64,000 nucleotides of DNA from Neoechinorhynchus agilis (GCA_051530055.1 CM121343.1:1830389-1894388); one strand, 5' to 3'; positions 11,721 to 25,100 are shown, counted from the stretch's first letter. The notes: generated from the sequence alone by a model not told the origin. Numbers and translations are program-made.

Positions 11721-12594
11721 CGTGTGAAAAGGGAGCGATATGTGGTAGAGTTCTAGAATAAAACTATCCATCATTGTTATCAGTCGAACTTATCGACCAA
11801 CGCAATTAAACACGTCGGCTTTTCCGCTAATTGTCGTGGAATTGAACCGATTGAATGATATTGGGAACATTGTCGTTTTTTAGACACTAGAAGCTTTTCT
11901 TTAAATCGATATATTTGTAGATGCTTATTTCAGAGATTGTGGCAGTGTTGCATTTACGAGCCTTCAAGAACTTTAAGCGTCCAAAAGAAGTATCGGCAAT
12001 TCAGAAATTCTTGGCCAAAAGGTGAATCATCATGGAACGCAGTGATGCTTTGCTATAACTTCAACATTAAGGACTAGCGCGAAAAAGCATACACCTTCGC
12101 GAACTTATGGTCCGTACTTTTCTGAAAAGGTCAGATTTGAGTGATTGCAATTTAATACCAGAAGAGAGCAGGGCGATAGCAGCCTAGTGGTGGATCAGGT
12201 CACTAGATCAGATGGATGGACCATCACTAGAAAGAGAAGCGAGTTTGTACGAAACGTAATTGAAGATTTCTTGATAGAGCGAATATCCACTGGCGAATTG
12301 TCTAACAAATGCCCGCTGATTGATAAAGTCACACTTAATTCGGTAACATTGAAAAGTCGGAATTAAATGAACCGGTTTTTAGGTATGGATATCGAAGACT
12401 GGCAAACATTTAGTAGTGAATTTGTCCCTCAAAAATCCAGGTGATTTAAAGGAGTTGCAAGACAACAAGAATTCGATTGAAAACACAATAAGGCTAGTGC
12501 TTTGATTTCTTTGTTATACAAAATTTGCAAAGAATCTGCGCTTTATCTTATTTTTGTGATATTAATTATTTAAATTAGATTTTTTCTGGTGTAA

Positions 12595-12880
12595 TGGTCA
12601 AAAAGACCGATGCAGCGTTCCTTCCCGTTGCACAGCCAGACTTATGTTTTACAGGGGGAATGCTACTGCCCTCGGATAATCAGTGATTCCTCTGAGTCGC
12701 TTGGGCAATTAATTGACCAGGTCCTGTACCGCGGTACCAAACGACCCCGAGTGTATCGACGTCAAAGAGAACGATATAACGATTTTGATCAGATCCCTCG
12801 TGGCAGTTGCTGCTCCCTTGGTTTAGTAGCAGACGGCAGCTGAAGGATCCAAAACGGTGGAAACCCCCAATTTTTCCGGT
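12595..12880 (-). mobile_element. CRE-like RLE retrotransposon 3' fragment (same subfamily as 55.2 kb)
   Basis: Reverse complement aligns with 55290-55510 (gggatctga..caaaatc.ttatatcgttctcttt...gaaggaacgctgcatc). Confidence 0.85.
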
Positions 12881-13439
12881 AAAAGAATCAAATCAGCACC
12901 GCAATCATCCCCTTGCGCTGACGGGATTTCTTCACTGAATTGTGATGCTAATATTCTGGCCTAAGGTCCCCACATGCATTCCGATCGTGCTCATAAGTTT
13001 CAGCGCTGACCCTTATAAGGCCCATAAATATCCACCAAAAGGGGGATGAAGCTTAAATCTGTGGACATCTTTCTATATTTTAGAAATTTCTATTTCTCCG
13101 CACCCTTCCTCGCAATGTTGGCGGAAGATACTCGGGCACTTTGGTGAAATAGTTTGATTTGGATATAATTAGTCGCTAACAAAATCCAGAAAAATTGAAT
13201 CTACGGGTGTGATCCATTTTAGCAAAAATTACTCTGGTTGGATGCAATCACGTAGAATCTAATTATCATTTTCCGGGATCCTGCTACACCCATAGAGTTA
13301 CTCCAGATTTTATCGAGATGAATTCATGCACAGTTTATGAATTTAAAAGCGATTCTTAGGTTGAATACCAATCACAGAAACTACAAGTATAAGAGTCGTT
13401 TGAATAATTACGTTCTACACAGAAATCATCGATAAAAAG

Positions 13440-13700
13440 TGATTCTGATGAATTTCAGGTACTTATTAATATCCGAAAAGACAATGGAAAATATACCTCC
13501 AGTCAGAATAAATTTTGATCTAACCGAAAGGATATTACAGGAGTTCTACAAGTCAGATTTGGAATTCAGAGACAATATTAAAGGCGAAAGTACCAGAAAT
13601 TCGATCGACGTTAATTATGATAACATAAGGACGGAGATAATTGAGGCAGTCAAAGTGACGGAAGGGAAATCAGGAGGAAAACCTATGTGAGGCAAGTACT
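13440..13700 (+). mobile_element. Possible LINE ORF2 remnant
   Basis: IRTEIIEAVKVTEGKSGG resembles the pre-RT I..AI..LK.GKS.G.D motif. Confidence 0.3.
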
Positions 13701-14166
13701 CTAATTGACCAACATTTCTAAACGTCAATGTTCTCCTGATTCTAAATTTGAATTAACGTATAAAAAAATGTAGTCCGTCTAAACAATAAATAATGCAATT
13801 TAAGATTAGTGGTTGTGGTTCTTTAAAAAGTGGTTCGAAAACAGTGGTTTCCACAATGCGTTATTGAATTTAAGATGGAGGTTCAGGAGGACGCCAGCGA
13901 TTGGCATTCTTCCCTTAAACTTGCTAGATAGTCAGAAATCTAGCTTCCTCGAGACTTCTTAACATCCACACCTTCTGTAGAAATAGTAAAATATTCCTAC
14001 ATATGAGTTGTTGGTCCTTATTTTTACGGGCATTTTACGTCGGATAGCGTTAATGCTTTTGACAAAGTATTTGGAAAAGATATATTTCACGGAAGCGTCG
14101 ATTATTGATGAGAGTGATTTATTCTTCAGATCGCACCTTAAGAAATTATAATAGCAAACGCGTAAA

Positions 14167-16087
14167 CTAATTTTTCTCTAGAATGTTTGAGTGATTATTG
14201 ACATCCACCAATAATAGAACTTGTTTCACCCAGTGGGAAACTTCATTTTGACCCGAAGATGAAGACGAGTATAGAATTGCGAACGGAGATCGCTTTAGAA
14301 GAAAAACAAAGTCTTAAATCAGATAAAGAAAAAGCTCACCAGAAGACTCAAAAGATCCTTTCTCTCGCTTGCTTTACGTTTTAGACTGAAAAAGGGGTAA
14401 GGACGAGGTATTCCATGATGGAGGAAGACGCAAACCAAGTGTCGACAAAATCGCAAAATTCCGTACTGAAGTTTGAGCGAGGTAGTGTTGGAGGTACACC
14501 TTCAAATATATGCGCCAGTAATTCGAATATTGCCATTGGCTTTTGAGATTCAAAGTCTGAGATGGAAATGAGTGACGAATGTTAGTGAATAATTCGTACC
14601 ATCTCTTCGAATGCTAAGAGGTTCCTGACTCATGACATGTTTAATATATGCGTCGGAAGGGTAGGGAATGGGGTAACACCCTAACGCGAGCTCCACGAGT
14701 GACAGCCCCAAACTCCATATATCTGACTGAACAGTATACCGAGATCCATCCAGTCTTTCTGGAGCCATGTAAGATCTTGTTCCAATGAACGTATTAGCCA
14801 TTGAATCAATCAGTTGACCAGACACACCGAAGTCGCAAAGTTTGATCTCTCCTTCACTATTCACCAATATATTTGACGGTTTCACGTCTGCTAAACGATA
14901 TCGGTACTTAAAGGTTCATAAGAAAATCATCTCGCCACACCTCTATGTATGATCCTATGTTTCTCTCGAAGGTAATTCAACCCTTCCAATACCTATGAAC
15001 GTTTCATGAAGAAAAGAGATCTGTGAATGGATTACTTACGGATGCCGTAACATAGCCCAATATATTTTCAGGTAATCTAGGGACCTTCCTAAGCATTATA
15101 TCTAATGATCCACCGTCCTATAGGAAACAATCATCGTCCATTTGAAGTAGTCCACTCACCATATACTCCATGCACATATGAATTTCCCCGTTGTGAGTGA
15201 ATGCACCATACGAACCAACGATGTAAGGTGAGTTATATGGCACTTTTGTTTTTGAAAGAACCCATACAAAAGTATCCGGGAGTACAAAGATGCAGTACTG
15301 ATAGCTCCCGAATAATCTGCTGGCGAATCAAAGGCTTGACTTCCAAATGGATCATCTAATGCACGTAAATAAGAGATAACCGAGGATCGATCACGAACTA
15401 TAAACCAACCAAAAAAAGCCAATCTTATAACTAAGAAGAGAAAGTTTCTTCGTAGGAATAACGACCAAAAAATCATTTGCGGGTGGAGGGGAGGAAATCA
15501 CGCCACAAAAAAAAACTACAGCCGTGATTCGGAAGAAAGTTTGTATTCAGATCTACACTGTCGCAAAATGTCTTACTGTTGTAAATCTAAATTTGCAAGA
15601 ACTGTCGCGAGTATTCACGGGTGCGTCTCAACCCATTTAACTTCCTTCAACTGACCTTTCGAGCCATTATTTGCCCCGTGGCCCTATGGCTCACTTTCCA
15701 AACAATTCCACTGGTCCCGTGACCCAACTCATAAAGATCATTGAGCGAATCAGCACTAAGTTCCCCGATAGCTTCCTTAGACTTGAAAAAATCGTTCATT
15801 CGAGATCTCTGAATATCGGTACAGTTCATGTGACTGAATTGACGTTGTAGCCAATCGATGCTTTTGTTCGTGGACGCAGCCGCGGCGTACAATCCATTCT
15901 GAAGAAGAGATATTTCCTCGCAAATGGGATCCCTAATAACACTCTAGTTTTGGGATTTCACTCGAAAAACGCCTTACGGCTTTCCTTCGTCTAATCGAAT
16001 TCGATTATCGATGACGTCTTTGTTGGCTCCACCATCTTCGGAGCCAGGTAAGATCAATCCCATTACGTTCTTCCTCCTTCTAGACAT
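14167..16087 (-). CDS. MAP2K1: MEK1/2 MAP kinase kinase, about 10 exons
   Basis: Basic N-terminal D-domain [73 protein letters not shown]. Confidence 0.97.
15235..15283 (-). other. Candidate non-canonical hairpin intron in MEK1 (49 nt)
   Basis: Removal gives VLHL-C-NSPY (cf. VLHECNSPY); stem GG(A)TACTTTTGT/ACAAAAGTGCC. Confidence 0.65.
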
Positions 16088-16270
16088 TAGGATTCGTCGT
16101 GGCCTTTTTTGCGTAAATGCTCTTGCACGGCGTCATGCATTGAAGCAGAAAGAATCGTGTTCCAGATTCAACTGTCGAACTTGAAGCATGACGTCAGTCG
16201 TACGCGCGTATCATTGATCCAGAACGTCTCTTTTGACTTTAAGATCTCAAACGTAGAAACATTCTTGTAG

Positions 16271-19108
16271 ATGAGCTCACTCAGTGATGGTGGAGCGGGT
16301 AATGTTTACATGGAGCGACTCATTCCGCTGGTCAATAAGTTACAGGATGCATTTGCTGGAGTTGGCGCCGGTCGATTCGAGATTGATTTGCCTCAAATCG
16401 CCGTAGTCGGTTCTCAAAGTGCCGGAAAGAGTTCGGTACTTGAGAACTTTGTAGGCCGGGATTTCCTCCCACGTGGATCTGGTATAGTCACTCGGCGTCC
16501 TCTTATTCTTCAGCTTTTGTTTCATCCGAAGGCTGAATTTGGTGAATTTCTGCATTGCCGCGGTCGCAAGTTTACCGACTTTAATCAAATTAGGAAAGAA
16601 ATCGAAGATGAAACCGATCGCCTAACTGGCACTAACAAAGGAATATCTAATATTCCAATCAATCTTCGTATATATTCACCCCATGTCCTTAACCTTACAC
16701 TGGTCGATTTACCCGGACTTACTAAAGTTCCAATCGGCGACCAACCAGCTGATATTGAAGTTCAAATTCGATTGATGATATTGGAATATATTAGTCGTGA
16801 TAACTGCCTTGTTTTAGCAGTAACACCCGCCAATAGCGACCTCGCGAATTCTGACGCTCTCAAGTTAGCCAAAGAAGTGGATCCAAGTGGAATGAGAACT
16901 ATAGGCGTACTCACTAAACTTGATTTGATGGATGAAGGTACTGATGCTCGGCATATTTTAGAAAACCGATTATTTCCACTCAGACGTGGTTATGTTGGTA
17001 TCGTCAATCGAAGTCAACGTGATATCGACGGCAAAAAAAACCTCCAAGCTGCTTTGGCTAGCGAGCGACAGTTTTTCTTAAGTCACCCTTCCTACCGCCA
17101 CATGAGTGACCGAATGGGCACTGCGCATTTACAACGAGTACTCAACCAACAACTAACTGAACACATCCGGAATTGTTTACCGGTGCTGCGTAAAAAACTT
17201 CAAGATAGTTGCCTCAGCCTTGAGAAGGAAGTGGGCGTTTTTAAGAGTCTAAACCTAAATGATCCAAGTCGAGCTACCAAAACAATGATGACGCTTGTTC
17301 AAGCTACCAAGACTGATTTTGACAGAATCATCAATGGTAGTTCGGCCGCGGAAATATCAACCACTGAGTTAAGCGGAGGTGCCAAAATTAATCGAATATT
17401 TCATGAAAGATACCCATTTGAACTTATAAAGATCCAGTATGACGAAAAGGAACTACGAAAAGCAATCACTTATGCGATCAGGAATTCATTTGGCGTTCGA
17501 CCCGGACTTTTCACACCCGATCAAGCATTTGAGGCTATCGTACGTCATCAATTAGAAAAGCTACTTTCACCATCCTTAAAATGCGTTGATCTTGTCTGTG
17601 CAGAACTCATGAATATAGTTCAAACTGTAACTGAACGAATGGTCGTATATCCCAAATTACGCGATGAAGTTGAACGATTCGTTACTCATTATATAAAAGA
17701 ACAAGAAGAGAAAACAAAAGAGGATATTTCACGATATGTTCAACATCAGTTGTCGTATATTAATACTAATCATGAGGACTTTATCGGATTTGCTAATGCC
17801 GAACGAAAACCTGTCGGTTCACACGGCCGTGCGGCGAGCGGTGACCATAAGAAGGTGGCCGTCCAAATTATTCGTAAAGGGTGGCTCCGTATGCACACCG
17901 GAGCAAGCTTTATCAAAGGTGGAGCCATGGATTTCTTTTTCGTCCTCACCACTGAATCCCTGTCTTGGTATAAGGATCAAGACGAAACCGATAAGAAATA
18001 CATGATTCCTCTTGATGGACTTAGAATTCGGGACGAAGATTCAGGATTCATTTCAAGGCGTGCGAAATTCTCCGTTGTTCATACTGATGGAAGGTAAGAA
18101 CGTCGTAGTTCGCATTTATTCTGATCGCATCCGCTCAGGAATATCTATAAGGAACACAAACAATTGGAGTTGTCGTGTGATGATGTCGAGGAAGTAACTC
18201 ATGCAGTCATCACACTCACTTTTCGATCCATCCCACTTTCGGGAGAAAGGTTTTTCAACCCTTCAGATAAAACATTTTCATGTATTCAGATCGACAGTAC
18301 GCGATCCTTTTAATCGGCCGTGTAGAAAAAGTGTTATAGATATTTTTACGTAATGCTAAATAATCGAGATCCATGAAACCGGGAGGGCGATTTCACCTTA
18401 AAAAAAGATTGATCTTACTTTATACGTTGATGAATGCATCGTATAGACAGTTGGAAGGCATCATTTCTAAGGGCTGGTGTGTATCCGATTCAAAACCCAG
18501 TATACGACGAGAGCGGTCAATCTGGCCGAGGAATTGGCGACGATGGTACTATAGCATCGGTAGATCCGTTTTTGGACAGACAAGTTGAGACGATTCGGAA
18601 CCTTGTTGAATCCTATATGGATATAGTGAACCGCACAACCCGGGACATGATTCCGAAGATTATAATGCATGACTTAATTTTGCAGACGAAGGAGTATATG
18701 GCTCAAGAAACCCTAGCGCATTTGTACGGGCTCGATATCCATGAAATGATGGAGGAGAACCCCGAGGAAGTGGAACGCCGTGATCAGACCTTGAAACTTT
18801 ACAGTGCGACCAAGGACGCACTCACGATAATCCAAGAGATTGTAGCGAATACATCAACTAAAGCGGTGCCTCCTCCTGTAAACACTGACTGGATAAAGAC
18901 GGAAGAGAAATCTGGGACGGTGGCTGCGCCTACACGAGTAGCACCAACACGTCCACCGCCCATGTCCAGTGCACCTCCACCACTACCTAGCAGGAACGCA
19001 TCGCTGCCTCCGCCGCTCATTCCGACAAAATCGCGTGATCAACAACATCTTCATCATCATCATCACGCTGAACCTCAACCGCCGCCATTGCCCGATCGAG
19101 ACTTTTGA
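16271..19108 (+). CDS. DNM: Classical dynamin (GTPase, middle, PH, GED, PRD); exons 16271-18093, ~18139-18195, 18445-19108
   Basis: [17 protein letters not shown] GTPase motifs; [13 protein letters not shown]; proline-rich tail. Confidence 0.98.
18196..18444 (+). other. Candidate non-canonical hairpin intron in dynamin (249 nt)
   Basis: Removal gives DVEE-V-DSWKASF; terminal inverted repeat ATGCAGTCATCA/TGATGAATGCAT. Confidence 0.75.
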
Positions 19109-19140
19109 TACCAAAAAGTGTTTTTTTCATCATTGATTCG

Positions 19141-22100
19141 CTACCAATTCGCGTCTTTTACAATTCCACCAGCTGCAGCCAAGTGGCTATCCTTCATGAG
19201 GTACAAATCAACCTCACGGGCGACTCGACGTCCGTCAGCGATCGCATGCACAATCGCCGAAGCGCCGTGGCGACAGTCACCACAGGCGAACAAATTCCGA
19301 ATTTTGATGCCATTCTGTTTTGGGTTCACTACATCTCTTAGTACTCCTCGAAGTGGGTTAGAATCTTCGCCATTTTGATGACTCTGGGTGCAAATGAACA
19401 CCATGTCACATGGAAGCTCAATGTCAACGCCGCCATTTTTAGAATCCACAGCAATGACTCCAAGGACGCGCCCGGTGTTGTCCCCGATAATCTCCCTAAC
19501 TTCAGACACGTTCAACAACACATCCTTTTCCGATAATATTGCAGCCTCCTCACATGCAGTTGCCAACTCAGCCTTCTGCGCCCATGAAACTGATGGTGCA
19601 TCAACGGTCCCCGATTGAACAATAACACATTTAATCCAGCTAATCTTTTCCCTTACGAGAACCATTATGCAATCAGCCAGCGACGATGCATACTTTGCTT
19701 CGCTGATCACTACTACTCTCTTTCCCATTACCTTAGGCCGATCTTCGTACTTGGAGTTGCAACCACTTGTTGATACTCTCAGATGATTAGCCAGAAAACC
19801 CGGCGCAGTAAATACGTTGTCCAAATACCGACCTTTTATCACTAACTCTTCTGGATCATCCGATCCGAGGGCCAAAATAACGGCCGACGATGAAGTCAAG
19901 AGATTGTTGAAATGATTTAGAGTGACTTCGTAGTTTACCAAAAATGTGATTCCTTCCTTTCTCAAGATGTCCACACGTCGCTCAATCACCTAATCGCAGA
20001 ACTAAGAAGTCTCACTCATGACAAACGAAGAAATACCTTCGGACTTAATCGAGTTGGTAGAATTCCGAACCGCAACAAACCACCCACATTTTCATTCTTG
20101 TCATAGACGTAAACGGAATGACCTGCTTTGTTTAACTGAGCAGCAGCAGCAAGACCTGCAGGTCCAGAGCCAATGATCGTAACCCGATGCCCCGTTCTAT
20201 GAGGAGGGACCTCTGGTACGATGTACCCTTTTTCGAATCCATATTCGGCTATCATAAGTTCAATGTTCCGTATTGTAACTGGATCCGGTTGGAATACACA
20301 CGCAGTTTCACACGTTGCAGGGCATACCCTTCCCGTAAACTCGGGGAAATTATTACTTTGCAAGATCCTATGAAGTGCACTTCGGTAATCGTTATCAGTC
20401 ACTAATTTTGTAAAATCCGGAATGACCACCCCAAGTGGGCAGCCCGATTCTGACGATTGACAAAATGGTACCCCACAATTTATACACCTCGAAGCTTGAC
20501 ATTTAACCAGAGTTTCCAGGGACTTCATATCCAGAACCTCTTCGAGATCGTTCATCCTCTCCTTCACGTTTCTACACACCACAGCTTGGCGTTCATATAT
20601 CATAAAACCACGGTGCTTTAATGTGGATCCAGTATCCTCCAAATCAGGACACAACTCATACTCATCTCCCTTTGCACTCTTCTCCGAAAATTCTTCAATT
20701 GTATTTGACATTTGAGCACTAATTCCAGCAGGTGTAGAATTCATCAATGCCGCTTTGTGGCGTTCACTGTCGTGAGACAATATCTTTTATTTCATCGGCG
20801 TGAATCTTCGTTCGAGTACATTTTACTAACCTTAACAAACTTTTTACACGAATTGTCGAAATCATCGAGCAGAGCTTGGGCAACGCAACTACCAGTCAAC
20901 TTTGCGAAATCTTCTAGAATCCCACGCAATTGCTTCTTTGATTTATAACTTTCAATTATGGATTCGGTGTGCAAATTAGCCATATTACAACGCGAAAGTA
21001 CCATCTCTTCATTCTCATCAACCTTCAAAACGTCTCGTATGGCTGCTGAACTATAGACAGATTTTATGTGTGTGTGTAAAACCATACATTTTAATTTAGA
21101 GAATTCCAATTATTTTACGATCGATCGTTCGCACACACTACAGAAACATGGCTTTAAAAGATCAAACTGATCAGTGCTTTAGATTTTCAATTTCTTCCCT
21201 GATGACACAATGCATCCCCCTTATTTGCTTTAGGTTTAAAAAAGAATAAACGTGCAATGAATACAAAGATATGGGCTCCTAAGCATACAGAAATCGTGGC
21301 TTTGGTGTGCAAAAGTTCTCCCGTAAAATCCATAGCTTCGATTGTCGATATGTGAGGTACCGGGGGTGGGGAATTGACTAAATTTGTTGTCTTGGTCTTC
21401 ACTTGGTACAGAACGTTTTATTAAAGGTGTTTCTAACCTCTTCGGATTCATTATCACTTAATGCCGGAATCTGAAGATGAGATTGGCCGAGCGTCGACCT
21501 GCAAAGCACAATCAATTGAGGAAGGTGTCAAAGCCACCGAGAAATGTTGTTATCATTATAATATCCGGAATGACATACCCGACCGTACAGTGGCCTAAAC
21601 AAGTAAAACGTTTTATTTTAGAGAATTATATTGATTCATTATCTGTTGCCATGGCCCAAAATGAATCGGAGGAAAGGCGTAACCTCACAAATTCTCCTGC
21701 GAACAATAACTACCAACTTTCCCACGAAATCCACTCCAAAATAAACAAACACATTCAAGGAACTTCTCAGAACTCGAGTATTCATGGGGACCCAGGGGTA
21801 AATGGTTCCTCTACTTTGAACAATAAGACGTTAATGACAGCAGCGTTGAACAAACTGACCACTCAATCAATCTATGATTATAGCACCTGAGCACGATAAC
21901 GTTAGGCGATAAATTAAAAAAGACTTGAACGACCAACGAGGTTGATTCAAAAAAAGAGCAACGACTAACTAAATGCAGTTCTGAATGGTCAAGATCCACA
22001 CATGCCATGGACGATCAATAGCGAGAAGTATACTAAAACACTTAAAAAACTGACGATGAACCCTAAGAGGTTTGAAACGCCTTTAGTAAAACATTCTCTA

Positions 22101-25100
22101 CCAAGCGAAGACCGAAACAATAAATCTAAGTTAGATTGTAGTTTACGGCGCCAGAGTTTTTTTAAATTATTATCTAAAGTGAAGAATGCAAAACACAAGC
22201 ATAACTGCATGTTCTCAGCTTCGAGAGCAGCAATCATAGCCCCAAAGTCAGCAGCCATCACCTTAAATCACACCGCCAGCCATTCCAGCAGCAAAATTTC
22301 TGCCAACTTTACCAAGAATGACCGCTATACCAGAGGTCATATATTCGCAACCATGGTCACCGCATCCCTAGATGAGTATAGATAATATATCGGTTAAAAT
22401 GAAGGAAAATCGCTAACCTCACAAACTGCAACTGCTCCCGAGTTGCGAACGCAGAATCGTTCACCTACCATGCCACTGAAGTAGGCACACCCACTTATGG
22501 CACCGTACAACAATACGTTGCCGGCAATAATATTTTCATTAGATTTAAAAGTCGAGCTTAAGGGTGGTCGGACAACTATTTTGCCACCCGATAGACCTTT
22601 GCCGGCGAAATCGTTCACTTCACCGTATATCGTAAAAGTAATTCCTTTTGCCAAAAACGCACCAAAGCTCTGTCCACCGGTGCCTTCGAGGTGTATGTTG
22701 ATTGAGTTATCCGCCAGCTTAGAATCCAATCCCAATCCGACGATATATCCGCTAATCAAAGCACCAAATGATCTGTCGGTGTTCTTGATTTTCAAACTAA
22801 AATTACAATTTGTGGAACGTCCTTTTGACTGAAGCAGTTCGGTTTTTATCCTATCAAGCAGCGTGTATTCCTATCCGATAATCACTTTTGTTTAATAGTA
22901 TTTAAAGAGCATGTACGTACCAATCGATCCTTCACGTTGAATTTAGCTGGTGTTTGTGGAGGTAAGGTCGAAACCGGTGGCGGATTCAGAAAAAACGAGA
23001 AGTCGAGATGTAATGCTTTGTTACTGAGAGCAGGATTCAGGCGAAGTAAATCCGTTCTTCCAATTAAGTCAGAAAAGAATTTGACCCCAAGAGAGCACAT
23101 TATTTGTCGAACCTAAGAAATGAAATATGATCAACTTCCAATTCATATCCCAACTACAAGCGGATCCGCTTCATGGATCACACCAAGTATAAGTTTGGAG
23201 CGTGAAACACTTCGTAGAACTACGATTTATCACTCATGGCATTAAGCCATTTTTGTGCTGAACAACTGCTACAGTTAAGTTGCAAATAAATTTGCATCGA
23301 TATCTAATTTAGTAGCCGAACATTAATATTGCACTCGCAAAAGATATACTACCCTCAAGGGAAGATCTTTAACGTGTCATTAGATTTCAAAATAGCTTAC
23401 GTCGAAATAACGGCCTTGGATGTAATTTTATGTTAGAAGTACACATGAACTCTCATAAACTATAAATGGGTGCATCGCGCCCTCCGTACCCATCCAAACG
23501 GGCGGTCCGCTAACTAACCTCATTAGCAACAAAATTAAAGTAATTAATAATAGCATCCTCTTGCCCAGTATACCGTCTTCTCAGTTCTTTGTCCTAATGA
23601 TAAAAGAATCAGATTTTTTGATCCATGGACAAACAAAGACTTACTTGGGTTGCTATTCCTACATGGCAAGTATTAAGATGGCATTTCTTGCACATTGTGC
23701 AACCGATCGCTATCATAACGCAAGTCCCAAAGCTAAACTTATCAGCGCCCAATAACGCTGCCTTCACAACATCCACCCCAGTCTGCAGTTGTCCGTCAAC
23801 CTCTAGAGATACTTTGTCTCTAATATTATTCGTTACAAACACTCTATGAGTTTCATTGATACCAAACTCCCATGGAAGACCGGCATTCCGAATGCCCGTC
23901 CAGGCACTACCGCCGGTTCCACCACCATGTCCGGATATTGTTACTGAATTAATACCACTCTTGACTCCGCCAGTGGCAATCACTCCAACACCATGGGAAG
24001 AAACGAGTTTCAGTCCTATGGAGGCATCTGGGTTGACACTGCGAAGGTCGTATACTAGTTGCGAGAGATCTTCTACGCTGTAGACATCGTGATGAGGAGC
24101 CGGACTACGATCGGCAACCCAACTTGTACAATTTCTTGTTTTTGCAACTACCTCGTCCATCTTAAACCAAGGAAGCTCGCCACCCTCACCAGGCTTCGAA
24201 CCTTGCCCAATTTTTATCTGCAATTCAGCAGCCTCGGAAATATACTGTAGTGAAACACCAAATCGGCCAGAGGCAACTTGCTTAATGTACGAAGAATACC
24301 CTGTCGCTGGTTGACCGCCTTCACCACAATTACTTTTCGCGTTAAGTTTGGCCATAGCTCTACCTATTGTATTGAAAGCTTCAATGGACACGGAACCGAA
24401 ACTTATAGCAGCTGATGAAAAACGGCTTAAAATGCTTTCCACGTCTTCAACTTCATCCAAAGTTAGCGGTTTTTTATCTTTCGACGGAAACGCAAAATCC
24501 AACTGACCTGAAAGCGTGCAGCAACGCGAAAGTTCAGAATGAAACTTTGAAAATTCGTTGTAAGCAGCAGAATCATTTTGTCGAACCGCCTTTTGCAAGA
24601 GCCTTATAGCCTTAGGAGCGTATAAGTGATACTCACCACCGTCTCTCCAATTAAACAAGCCATAATTCTGGGCAAATCGGATATCACCGACACGATCAGA
24701 GTAGGCCAATGTGTGTCTGTGCAATACCTCTGATGCGAGCAGCTCGTAGGATACGCCACCCAAACGAGAAGTCGTACCGCTAAAGCATTGTTCTACAACA
24801 TCATCAGCTAAACCAACAATTTCAAAACTCTGAGCACCCTTATAGCTTTGTAGGGTAGATATTCCCATTTTTGCAAGTATATGGAATATTCCTTGGATAC
24901 AAGTAAATCGATATCGATCAAAATGCTTGTCGGACGTATTCTCATAAGAGCTGGGAAAAACGCCCATTCGACGATATTGAGCTATTAAGTCGAAAACCAT
25001 GTATGGGCAGATTGCATCAGCACCAAAGCTCAATAGAACCGCCATTTGATGAACATCTCGAGCTTCACCTGATTCGACAAAGAGACTACATTTCATCCTG

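Noticed and set aside
11400-12130. Possible Tc1/mariner transposase remnant
   Set aside because: Only vague HTH- and DDE-like resemblance through many stops; cannot be supported
22263-22265. TAA reassigned to Tyr or read through in glutamate synthase (GGVI*)
   Set aside because: Sequence after the TAA is not homologous, and other genes here end in TAA/TAG/TGA normally; an intron junction explains the Tyr
21236-22385. Paired ORFs [14 protein letters not shown] / [14 protein letters not shown], resembling nested neuropeptide precursors with KR sites
   Set aside because: The shared DNA is the CTGACGA..GAAAC hammerhead/Penelope end also found at 43.0 kb; no signal peptide; similarity is limited to ~85 bp
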